A stretch of DNA of 64,000 bases. It comes from Octopus bimaculoides. Taxonomy: Eukaryota. The first letter of the stretch is position 1. Every line of letters begins with the position of its first letter. This document shows, piece after piece, positions 52,295 to 63,120 of the stretch. The position numbers and the translations under genes were made by a program. The notes below the pieces were generated by a model, which was given only the letters and a program-made list of their open reading frames with translations, had not been told where the DNA came from and ran no database searches. The stretch is from NCBI RefSeq assembly GCF_001194135.2, contig NC_068983.1, positions 149,625,706-149,689,705 of the forward strand. The letters are read 5' to 3'.

Positions 52295-52704
52295 CAAGGG
52301 AAATAACTTAACGTCTTACTAGTATTATCCGTACTAATCTGAAATGTTTTTTATTTAGCTGTTTATAAATAAATCACACACGTGATTGAATATCATAGTA
52401 CTGGCGGAATTCAACCCTAAAAGCAAAAACATTCGTTTATTTTTTGGCTGCCATTTCTGAAGTTTATAATGTTGAGTAGGCGAATTTCTAGAACTGCATG
52501 CTAACCCTCACTCTGCAAACCATATCGTTTCCGTTTTGGAAAAGGAAAAAACATTTAAAACTTTTATAAGAAAAAATTCCGTCGCATGCTGTTTTAGAAA
52601 AAAAAAAGAAAAACGTGTGTGATTTATTTATAAACAGCTAAAAAGAAAAACACATTTTAGAGTAGTATGGATAATACTAGCAAGACGTTAAGTTATTTCC
52701 CTTG
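52295..52704. mobile_element. TA-flanked MITE (Tc1/mariner-like target) with ~90-bp TIRs
   Basis: TA|CAAGGGAAATAACTTAACGTCTTACTAGTATTATCC ... GGATAATACTAGCAAGACGTTAAGTTATTTCCCTTG|TA. Confidence 0.85.
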
Positions 52705-53379
52705 TATATTTTTTATTTACCTTTTTTTTCCTCCCTAAACTTGAAGATTACCTATATAATGTATATGAAATTTTGAATTTAGTTTACGGATCCCCAGTAC
52801 TACCTTTGTGGACCACCAGAGGTTCGCATCCTCCACGTTGGGAACCACTGCTCCAAGACCATATTGCTGGCTTTACCAGCTTAAAAAAATGGCAAAACAA
52901 AATTCAGTATTTCGGCCAGAATATCTTGGGTATCTGAATATCACAAGACTTATGCACTTCTTATTTATAACCACTAGTACCCATGGAAATTCCATGATAG
53001 ATACATTTTTTTTAGATCGTTAGAAGTTTATATAAACTATAAATATTAATGTTTCTTTTGAAATTGTATATTTTGCTTTGTCTTCAAAAAAAAAAAAAAA
53101 AAATTCAGTTCTTCTGGATGAGAGATTCATTTATAGATCCAAGAGCTTTACAATGATTACAGAGAATATTCATGTCACAAATGTAACTTTCAACCGTGTT
53201 TACAGTTTTTTTATGTTCTTTCTCATTTTCTATCCTGAATACTTCTTCCATTCATCCTTTTTTTCTTCTAAGCAGCACCAGTTATGGTTTTGGTGATTTG
53301 AGCCTCTGCTTCTCTTTGCATCATTGCCTACACTGTCACATTCCTTATTTTGTTAGTTTACATTGTCTGTCATCTATAA

Positions 53380-53880
53380 TCATCATCGTTTAACGTCTGC
53401 TTTCCATGCTAGCATGGGTTGGACGATTTGACTGAGGACTGGTGAAACCGGCTGGCAACACCAGGCTCCAATCTAATTTGGCAGAGTTTCTACAGCTGGA
53501 TGCCCTTCATAACGCCAACCACTCAGAGAGTGTAGTGGGTGCTTTTATGTGTCACCCGCACGAAAACGGCCACGCTCAAAATGGTGTCTTTTATGTGCCA
53601 CCCGCACAAGAGCCAGTCCAGGGGCACTGGCAACGATCTCGCTCGAAAACCCTACAAAGGTCAGTCAGGCGGTACTGGCAACGATCTCACTTGACTTGCC
53701 GGGTCTTCTCACGCACAGCACATTTCCAAAGGTCTCGGTCAGTAGTCATCGCCTCGGTGAGGCCCAATGTTCGGAGGTCTTGCCTCACCACCTCAGCCCA
53801 GGTCTTTCTGGGCCTACCTCTTCCACGGGTTCCCTCAACTGTTAGGGTGTGGCACTTTTTCACACAGCTATCCTCATTTA
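53380..53880 (-). mobile_element. Young RTE 3' end
   Basis: EDSCVKKCHTLTVEGTRGRGRPRKTWAEVVRQDLRTLGLTEAMTTDRDLWKCAVREKTRQVK* plus a 3' UTR nearly identical to 7065-7267. Confidence 0.9.
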
Positions 53881-54989
53881 ATGTATAAACAAATATCAAT
53901 TTCCAAGCGAGCAGATGATAAATAATTGCACTTATGCACATACATTAAGTGTTAGGCAATATAAAAAAAAGTTAGATCATTAAAAAAAACAAAAAAAACT
54001 ACACTTCTCTACCACCATCATTATTGCTTTCAGTAACAAAGCTGAGTTTAAGATCTTTACCAACCAAGATTATTTTCATTTCCTTTTATTAGTTCAGTTC
54101 ATCTGTTTGCTTATATCTTTTTTTTTTGTCGATATATCAACCTTTGACAATACAAAATTAAAAAAAAACAAAAACAGCTTCCATGGTAATTTTTTTTATT
54201 TCACTCTCATTGAAAAATCTATCTACAATAAGTTTCCTATTATATCTAATATAAGTCTTCTTTCCACCATCCACCCATCGATGTTTTGTCAATGAGTAGA
54301 TAGATAAATAGATTGACAGATAGAAGATATAAAAAACTGAATATTAAAATGTTATTTTCTTGTCATTCACAGTAATATATGATGTCTAAAATTTCCCTCT
54401 GCTAAACACTTTAACTATCTCACTACCTTTTACTTTAACTTTTTAACCATGTTATTCCTCTCTTCATGCTGTTATACTTTCTCTTCACCTCTCACTTCCA
54501 CTAACTGCATCGGCTGGCATCAGAGATGTAAGACTTCAAGTGTGATTGTTTTAAAGGACTACTAACATGAATTTATGTGGAGCTATAGATTTGGTGATAA
54601 TGTATTTAAAATTCATACAAGTGAACAATATCTTCATTGACTATCATTATATTAAATTAATTTATGTTTCTGCTAACTCCTAATAATGCATCCAGAAATT
54701 TATACATTGATATCACTGAACAATATAGTCTCTTTGTTATTCAATTAAATTAGTTCCCCTGTTTTATATTCTTTAACTCACTTTTAAATTAAGATTTGGG
54801 GTGGGGGAATGTTTAATTGCCAAAATATAAGGAATGGGTGAGAGGAAGATATTTAAATGATTGCTCTAGTGGAGAGAGCAGGCTAGGCTGAAATATCCAT
54901 TCACAGATATGCATGAGTCGACAATATCAGTGCAACAAACTGTAGAGAAAACTGAGCTAAGGAAGAGCACAATGAAAATAAAAGTGATG

Positions 54990-55560
54990 AAGGTGGACAT
55001 GGATCAAGAAGCAGCTACCAAGGTCAGCCAGCACAAGATAGAAGTGAACCAACTCTGGGCAGTGTTGTAAGCAGCACCGGTGATGTAATTCTGCCGCAGA
55101 ATTGGGAAGGCAGCAACAATGTTCCATTTGGGTGGCCTTAAACATTAGCACTGATGTGGAATGTCATCTATATAACTCCATCATTCTGCCTACTGCAATC
55201 TATGCCAGCAAGATTTGGAAGAGCACATCAAGGGCAGACAGAAAATGTGTATTCTACCAAAAGGTACTTACGAAAGATCCGGAGTGTCAACTGGCAAGAC
55301 CATGTCACAAATGAGGAGTTTCTGAAATAATTAAGGTCATGACCACTACAAAAGATTGTAGCAGAGCACTGATTCTGCCTAGCTGATCAATAGCACCCAG
55401 AAAACAGTCATGAGGCGGGTACCACCTGATGGCAGCCCAAAGATCACTTGGCAGATGACCTGAAAACAGTCAACATTACATGCAAGAGCAGCAGTTGACT
55501 GAATCCAGTGACAGAAGCTTGCCATCCGATGTGCTGAGAATCATGGGGTGGGGAGTGGGA
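54990..55560 (+). mobile_element. Old RTE-superfamily LINE remnant (different subfamily)
   Basis: ISTDVECHLYNSIILPTAIYASKIWK..WQDHVTNEE..RPKITW motifs. Confidence 0.7.
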
Positions 55561-55834
55561 CCTAAAACCAAAAAGCTAATAGAAAAGATGTTAAAATGAT
55601 TAAGTAAAGACAACAGGCTGGTGAAACTGATAAGATCATTCAGTATATTGGGCGAAGAAATGTTCAAGATATCATACCAACTCAAAAGAGAGGAATCAGT
55701 ATGGCTTACATCTTGTATTTGATACAAGTGAGGTTGATATATGAAACAGATCACCAAAAACCCACTTGTAAAGAGTATGTTTTATGTACATTATTTACAA
55801 TTGACGGATATTTGTCCTCATCTTGTATGTTGTT

Positions 55835-55881
55835 AACACAGCATTTCAGCTGATATACCCTCCAGCCTGCATCAGGTGTCT
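55835..55881 (-). ncRNA. Degenerate minimal hammerhead ribozyme motif (second copy)
   Basis: AGACAC-CTGATGC-A-GGCTG(gagggtatat)CAGCT-GAAA-TGCT-GTGTT. The core carries an A>C change. Confidence 0.5.
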
Positions 55882-56084
55882 TGGGGAAATTTTGAACCTG
55901 GATTCTCATTCCTAAGGTATTTTTCGATGTTATTATTATTCAGGTCACTGCCAGGAATTGAATTTGGAATCTTGGAGTTAGTAGCCTGTGCTCTTAACCC
56001 AGAGATTCCAGGCAGTGACCTGAATAATAATAATAACATCGAAAAATACCTTAGGAATGAGAACCCAGGTTCGAAATCTCCCCA

Positions 56085-56131
56085 AGACACCTGATGAAAG
56101 TTGGAGGGTATATCAGCCGAAACATTGTGTT
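56085..56131 (+). ncRNA. Degenerate minimal type I hammerhead ribozyme motif
   Basis: AGACAC-CTGATGA-A-AGTTG(gagggtatat)CAGCC-GAAA-CATT-GTGTT: core CUGAUGA and GAAA, stem II, stem I AGACAC/GTGTT, no helix III. Confidence 0.6.
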
Positions 56132-57719
56132 AATAACAAACAAGATGAAGACAAATATCCGTCAATTGTAAATAATTTACACTACTAATGCATTGTTCAT
56201 TTTCTTTGTAGCAACACCATAAATTCAACAGAATTATTTTGGTCAGTCATCACGAGAAATATGTAGCTGAATGAATCTGTCAGTTGTAGTATATTCACTC
56301 TAGTGGAATAAACTTCAATCTGCATCATCTTGCCACTTGTTGATATGAACTGGTCGTTTTTTATACTATCTGAAATACCCACATTGACATATTGCTTTAA
56401 ATTACATTGTACATTAATGATTACCTCACTGATTAAGCTGTATAGGTCCAAATGGTGTAAGCGGAAGTGTAATAAACCATTGCTCATGTACAAGCACAAT
56501 ATCAGCATTTTGTTATTTCTCTGTGCAACCACATAGTGTTTCATACCTTACATATTTACATCTCCTTGCAAAAGGCAGATCTACTGAGATTATGAAATTT
56601 CAATCCAGAGTTCCTATAAGAACTCATGCTTAAGACTGAATTAGTGCAAAAAGTAACTAAATTACTATCAAGGTTTTGCAAAACTTGATGTATCTGAAGA
56701 AGTTAAAAAGAAAATACCAAACTGGAGATGCCGACAAGTCAGAGTGGATATGTTGGAAATATAGTAAATGGATTATGAAGAGAATTTATGTAATTTTATT
56801 CACATTTGGAGTGAATTTGGAACAAGAAAAAAAAAGATAATATTTGAGAATACCAAATACAAAGAATAAAAAAGAAACAGATTAATAAAAATTTGTAATT
56901 GTTAAATGGAAAAGTAGCAGCTGTAAATGATATATTTTAAAAACTAGTTGAACAAACATTTGGAGCAATTAGAAATAAAATATAATTTTGAAGTAGATAT
57001 GATTTAGTTCATCACACACCAAAGGATTCAGCAGTCCAAGATAGAGGTTCATTAAGGAATCTAGACAAGAAAACTGATAGGGACTGTACCAAAAATACCT
57101 AAATCTTGGGCTTTGTACTTGCTATTATCTCATGAAGCCTTAAAGGAAGATATTTTGATCAAAATTGGAAGATACTGAAATTAAAATATAAGCAATCCAA
57201 AATGAAATGCTAAAAAAAAAAAAAAATCCCAGGACTTAAAAGATGTAACAAAAATAGCAATCAGATACAAAACAATTGGTAAGATTAGGTTAAAAAATTG
57301 CAGGGCCAGATCACAAACCAAAGGCTGCAAAGTATGAAATTCAGATAAATTGGAAAGAAATACAAAATACTGGAAGCTGCAAGAAATTTAAAAGATGCAT
57401 GAAGTGAACATAAGTAGAAGAAACCATTTATTGTACAAGGAAACAAAAAAATCTGCAGGAAGAAGGGGATGACTATTTGGTTTTGCAACTATATGGATTT
57501 CAGGTTGGTTCTCCTTATATGGTATCAAAGCAAGTATCTTCTACTACAGCCTCAAGTTGACCAATGCCTTGAAATTAATAGACAGAAACTGCATAGGAGC
57601 CTGCCTGCTTTTGTGTGTGTGTGTGTGTGCGTGCGTGCGCACACACACCTCATGTCCTGACATTTTCTACATGATGAAACTGTAAAACACTAAGACATGG
57701 CATGAAGTAGTGAGAAAGG

Positions 57720-58090
57720 ATCTACTGACGTTGAGACTCACAGAAGGAATGACAGAGGACCGACACTCCTGGCAGTTTGCTGTACTTGAAAAGACATGTC
57801 AAGCTAAGTAAAAGCATGGTTATCTTTGCATACAGGCTTGTCCCCTGCATCCTTCTCCAGCTGAGCATTTCTAATCTTGCAGGATTGTAGGTATTACTGC
57901 CACATAAAAAACACCCATACCAGTGTTGCATAAAAGCACCTAGTAAAGTGGTTGGTATTAGGAAGGGCATCCGGCTGCATAAACCATGCCAAAAAAAACA
58001 AAACAAAAAAAAACATGGAGCCTGAGTAGCTCTTCAGCTGGCCAGATCTTGCCAAACTATCCAACCCATGCCAGCATAGAAAAGAGAGAA
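57720..58090 (+). mobile_element. Degenerate RTE 3' UTR copy
   Basis: GGTATTAGGAAGGGCATCC...CCAACCCATGCCAGCATAGAAAA. Confidence 0.65.
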
Positions 58091-58546
58091 ATGATGACAA
58101 GGATTAGTGACAAGAAGGGCATCTAACCATAGACTACTGCTCCAACAAAATTTTGTGTCACTTGTGCCAGCTTGGAAAAGAGAAAAATGTAAGAACGATA
58201 CTGAAAGGTAATCAAAATACATGAAAACGAGGAGGGTTCAAAACTAGGTAGACTAAGCAAACAGCCAAGAAATGGTTTCCAGAAGATACTAGTAAATTGT
58301 GTGGTACACAAAAATACTAAAAATATTATGAATAGAAGTTGAAACAAAAGTTAGGGAATATTAACCAGATTTAACAAGATATGAATCTTGATGCAGAATA
58401 ACAGATGGGAGTGTAAAGTACAGATTATAAATCATTTCAGAAAAATAATGTAAGCAGAAATGGATAACTTTTAATTTAGAGAGATATATGGAGCCATCAT
58501 CATTCTCATTTTAACATCCACTTTGCCATACTTGCATGGATCAGAC

Positions 58547-58703
58547 CAAGGGTAGACTGAGAGTATTAAGGGCTCTCGAGTATAACTGTTTACCAGGCCC
58601 CTTTGAAATTATGCTTTAGTAGAGTTAACTCTACTAAAGCATAACATGTAGAGTGCAGGCCCTCGGGCAGAGCCCAATTGACCAATGGCTCAATCCACCC
58701 CTG
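58547..58703. mobile_element. hAT-type MITE with an 8-bp TSD and a perfect 36-bp central palindrome
   Basis: GATCAGAC|CAAGGGTAGACTGAG...CTCAATCCACCCCTG|GATCAGAC; palindrome TTATGCTTTAGTAGAGTT-AACTCTACTAAAGCATAA at 58609-58644. Confidence 0.85.
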
Positions 58704-59379
58704 GATCAGACAATTTGTTGAGGCAAATTTTCTACAGCCAAATGCCCTTGTCACCAATCCTCACTTCTTTCCAAACAATGTAATATTTCACTATGACAAT
58801 GACACTAGTTTACAATTATCAGATGAAATTAAAGTGGGGCAGTAATATACACACGCGCAGCCTCTTGACTTTTCAATGATATACATACACTGAATATGTT
58901 TATCACAAATAGGCTATCTTTTAGTTTCCACATACCGAATTCACTCACAAGACTTTGGTTAGTCCAGTGCTCAAAGGGAGACACCTCCAAGGGGACTGGA
59001 CCAGAAACCATGCAGAAGCAAATTTCTTACTACACAGCCAAGCAAGCCTCTGCCTACCGTAAAAGAAACAAAACTGAAGTTAAAAATCCAATAAAATGTG
59101 ATGAAAAGAAACTTGCTTGTTTAAGGATATGAAAAGTATTCTTCACAAATGTAACTAGGAAAGGCAATGCAACGTGTCCAATTGAAAAAAGGATTGCCGT
59201 TACAGGATTGACTTTCGTAAAAAATTTTCAAGAAACTGCAGAATTTTTCAAAAGTTTTGCAATGATGAGAATAAAGACCATTAGCAGCCTGAATATTATG
59301 CAACAAATTTAGCTGCTGAAAAAAAAAAAAAAATGCAGTTTTCAGATAGCCATACGACCTGACAATGTATCCAGTTTTA

Positions 59380-60100
59380 GCTCTGGGTAGTATTCAACTG
59401 AGAATTATTTTAAAGCGCTATGGTTACAATTAACAAAAACAGAACAAATAAATAAATAAAACACATATCACTAATTTTTCAGTTAGTTTGATGGTGAAAA
59501 TTATAAAGAGTAGTTGCAAAACATTAATGAAGTAATAACTAAATGTTAAGAATTTATCCCCGAGTGAACCCGTTGATATTGTGTACATGGACTGTAAGAA
59601 AACATGACAGAATACCATACTAAAGGTTTATAAGAATGTAACATGCTGGACAAGACCTTGCTTTTTTTTTTTTTTTTTTTTAACAACTACCAGAAAATAA
59701 AAGTAAATTATTGTGAAAAGTGGTGCGTTTCAAAGATTTGTCCGAAAACTACTAATATTTGTAAATGACCTCTGGAAGATATTAAATCAATCTGTACAAT
59801 ATTTGCAGAGGATGTAAACAAAATAGAACTGAGTTGGTCAAAAACATGGAAATTAGAATTTAACAGATAAAATGGTATTACTTTACTTCTGGTGCAACTC
59901 AGACGGATTTTTGACGAAAATGTAATGACTACTCAACTAGTAAAAGTATTAATAGAAAAAGATGATATTTAGTAGCCTATATTTCAATATCAGAAAGGCG
60001 AGCAAATCGCTAAAACTGATTAAATTTTAGTTTGGTATTCTAGAAAAGTTATGTAAGACTACATATGGAGTCTATTTTTCAGGAATATTCCCCGAGAACA
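59380..60100 (+). mobile_element. Old CR1-type LINE RT remnant
   Basis: VDIVYMDCKKT and CTIFAEDV remnants with multiple frameshifts. Confidence 0.55.
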
Positions 60101-61295
60101 AGTAAATTTGTTCTAGAAAGAAACCAGTTGTATATAAAAAAAAACCCAATAAAAACACACTAAAAAGAGGAAGGCGGTTTAATAGAAATAAACTTATAGC
60201 AAGGATAAGTCAGTTTTCAATTCTTTGAGGAAAATACAAACAGGTTGAATGGAAATCGAGAAACAATAATAAAAAGTATTTGTCACGTGACCATGAGAAT
60301 CACATGAATGAACATATGTAAACAAAAACTACGTTAACAATTAATGGCTAAACCAAAGTAATTGATATGGTTCTAACTTATCATTGAATCTATGGTTCTA
60401 TATCTTTTTGATTAATAGAGGAAGAAAGTGTAATTTTTTTTGTTATTTGACTCACTGCCTACGTGTCTGAGAAGAGTTTGATATGACGCAATATAATGCA
60501 CTGACGTTCCCAGAAATACAGTTCAGCCATCTGAAATTCTAAGTAGGGCAACATATTTTGTCTATGATATATAAAAAATTTAAACCTTAACGAAAAATGG
60601 GTTTAATTTCATTCTATATAATTTAATAATGCTGGATAGTCGGCCACAAGGCAACATTAATTGATAGAAAAGTTAATTCTGAACTAGCTTCTATCACCGG
60701 ATGCTATTATAGTCAAAACAACTTGAGAATAATAAAACCAGCTTATTTTGTGTGGGTGTATTCGATATTTTCTACGTAATAGTTAAAAAAAAATAATACT
60801 ATTTTATTACGATTTGAATTATATATATGTTAAATATCTTTACAGCAACTTTGATGATTAACAGTTTCGAAATAGATATTTGTTAACGTAGGTAACAATA
60901 TGGAAAATGGTTTATAAACCAGTGCAGACATTTATTCATCTACATACAGACCAGTTATGTAGCGGAACTGATTTTATTTTTGTTACAAATCAATAAATTC
61001 TAAAAATTAACATACGTTTTAATAGAATTTTTATGGTCTGTAAAGAGAGTGAGTATTTACTTTTGAGAGCAGAGACATCCCGTTTGAAAACTTATAGAGG
61101 AGTTTTAAAATAAGAGAAGCTAAGTTACAAAAACTTAGCAAGTTTTTTTTTCTTTTGTTTCATTTTATAGAAAAGTTAAAACGTTAATGTTTGCAGATTT
61201 AAATAGAAAGAGTTTGTAAATGAAAAAATATTTTTTTTTATGCATGTCAATGATGTGAAAATAAATGTAAAAGGTTTCGAGTGTGCGTAGAAAGA

Positions 61296-62951
61296 CTATT
61301 TAGGGCAAGCATTTGCAATTAGGCCCCTTCCACGCCCTCGACCTACCATAGCTGCAAAACAAGGCCTGCTAGGTACATCTCTTTGCATAGCCACTTGTTG
61401 TCGGTAGGAGGGAGTCACTACTCGTGGTCCCGAACAAATACTGGTTAAAGATGGAAAGTCCGTCTCCGATATCTGTGATGGTTTTGGTGTCGGTTTTGCC
61501 CACGCCCGAGAAACTGTAGTCGATGCTGGTAACTGGCTCCTTGTATTTTTTAGCTCGGGAAAAACGGGTTCAAATTGGAATGGATTCTGCAGAATTTCGT
61601 TTTCCTCAGAGATATGATTTAGTTCACTGTCACATTCGCTTACAGTATCAGAAACACTAACATTATGACTGCAACAATTAGATTCATTCTCTGATTTCGT
61701 TCCAAATGGATGTAGGTCCTTATTATGATCAAAATAGCTGTGCTTTGTGGTACAAGTAACATTAGCGTTAGTAAGTGGTTTTCGGAGAGCTTCCAATTCT
61801 TCATCTTCAGCATCTACAGAAAAATTCTGCTTGAATTTAGGAGAGTTTTGTTTAGTGTTTTCAGACCGACGTTTGTTTTTCTCAGTAGCTGGACTGGAAT
61901 AGTCGTTTTTTCTGTTACCGAAGTGAGGAGGGTTTAACGATACGCCTTTACTTTTACTATCTTTTACGGGAAGATGCTGAGAAGTGAGTGTGAATTCATA
62001 AACGTTGACCAGAGAGTCAGACATGGCATATGCATATCTTCGAATAATGGCCAAACTACAATGAATAAGACTAGCCTGTTCATGCCAAGGACAACGAGTA
62101 TTGGGTTCGTAATCGAATGCAGTGGTCGTCAGCATGTCCAGAATTTGATATTTTGCGACTGAAAAGCCATTATGTTTAAACAAATCCATGACAAGCTTCT
62201 CAAGTGCATAAAGTTGAATATATTTCGACCGAGCACTTTCACTTCGATCATGAATCCAATTCAAACAGCTTTCAACTTCTTTGAAATCTTTTGATAGGCA
62301 ATAAAATTGTTTTTTATCAGAAAATTTAAGCAAATCTTTCCACAGTTGGGTATAATCAGATGTAGCCATTTCAAAGTTTTCTATAGGAATTTGATGAGTG
62401 TTATCACTGTGGAATTGAGCCTCATATCTATAACCAACAGGAATAGAACCCGCGTTAATAAATTGGTGCATTTCTTTAGTAATACCCTCTTTCATATTGT
62501 ATTCCAAAGCAGAGACTTCCACTGGTAAGCATTCGTCGTCTGAGGTTTTACACAGTAGCTGGAAATTTAGAAGATAAAACTTTTCGTAGAGTATCTCAGA
62601 GTTATGCGGCCATTTTGAGGTAACATCTCGATCTTGTTCAGCGTAAAATTTGGTAATTTCGTCGAGAGGTTCACTGTGGCTAGAAATTAACTGTCCTGTA
62701 CAGTCCAAACGCGAATCACTTTTCTTATTACTGGTGTTATTCTTTTTACGAGAATTTTCTTTAATTTCGCGAGACATTTTTTCATAAGGATATTTTTCGT
62801 TGGTCGTCATCAGCTTCCATTTGGGGCCAGCGATAGCAACAACATCCGCTAAACCATTAGGGAAATTGTGGCCTTTTTGTTTCAAGTCTTCCATCAACTG
62901 CTTCATATAATAATAAAAAGCGTTATGTTGTATTTTCTTATTTGGTGGCAT
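61296..62951 (-). CDS. MAEL: Protein maelstrom homolog (HMG box plus MAEL domain), single uninterrupted ORF, 551 aa
   Basis: First ATG at 62951 (MPPNKKIQHNAFYYYMK...AGPKWKLMTTNEKYPYEKM, a MAEL-type HMG box). MAEL domain LPVEVSALEYNMKEGITKEMHQFINAGSIPVGYRYEAQFHSDNTHQIP and RCPWHEQASLIHCSLAIIRRYAYAMSDSL, with the ECHC zinc ligands intact. No stops or frameshifts. Confidence 0.95.
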   Translation of the reverse strand: MPPNKKIQHNAFYYYMKQLMEDLKQKGHNFPNGLADVVAIAGPKWKLMTTNEKYPYEKMSREIKENSRKKNNTSNKKSDSRLDCTGQLISSHSEPLDEITKFYAEQDRDVTSKWPHNSEILYEKFYLLNFQLLCKTSDDECLPVEVSALEYNMKEGITKEMHQFINAGSIPVGYRYEAQFHSDNTHQIPIENFEMATSDYTQLWKDLLKFSDKKQFYCLSKDFKEVESCLNWIHDRSESARSKYIQLYALEKLVMDLFKHNGFSVAKYQILDMLTTTAFDYEPNTRCPWHEQASLIHCSLAIIRRYAYAMSDSLVNVYEFTLTSQHLPVKDSKSKGVSLNPPHFGNRKNDYSSPATEKNKRRSENTKQNSPKFKQNFSVDAEDEELEALRKPLTNANVTCTTKHSYFDHNKDLHPFGTKSENESNCCSHNVSVSDTVSECDSELNHISEENEILQNPFQFEPVFPELKNTRSQLPASTTVSRAWAKPTPKPSQISETDFPSLTSICSGPRVVTPSYRQQVAMQRDVPSRPCFAAMVGRGRGRGLIANACPK

Positions 62952-62984
62952 CTTTGATGTGGAACACGGTTCCGGATATTCTGA

Positions 62985-63020
62985 CACTACGCGCACGAGT
63001 ACCAACTGAGGTTTATATAA
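62985..63020 (-). promoter_or_regulatory. Candidate TATA-box core promoter of maelstrom
   Basis: TATATAAA at 63019-63012 on -, about 31 nt upstream of an Inr-like TAGT near 62988 and about 70 nt upstream of the ATG. Confidence 0.35.
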
Positions 63021-63110
63021 TAAGAGTTATCGACCTTTGCACTGGAAGTGAATTTAACTGACAATTTTTTTTTTTTTTTAGCTGGTAAATAAATACTTTT
63101 ATCGGAATAT

Positions 63111-63120
63111 NNNNNNNNNN
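63111..63120. other. Assembly gap (10 N)
   Basis: N run just upstream of maelstrom. Confidence 1.

Larger units (their letters stand above)
55786..56180. mobile_element. Head-to-head inverted dimer of a tRNA-headed SINE-like element carrying a hammerhead-type 3' module
   Basis: Arms 55786-55958 and 56005-56180 are reverse complements. The spacer reads GGTTAAGAGCACAGGCTACTAACTCCAAGATTCCAAATTCAATTCC on -, resembling a partial A-box, anticodon arm and decayed B-box. Confidence 0.75.

Noticed and set aside
62952-63005. N-terminal extension MVLVRVVSEYPEPCSTSK shown in the ORF track
   Set aside because: It begins at a non-ATG codon. The first ATG at 62951 matches the typical MAEL start (MPP.KK).
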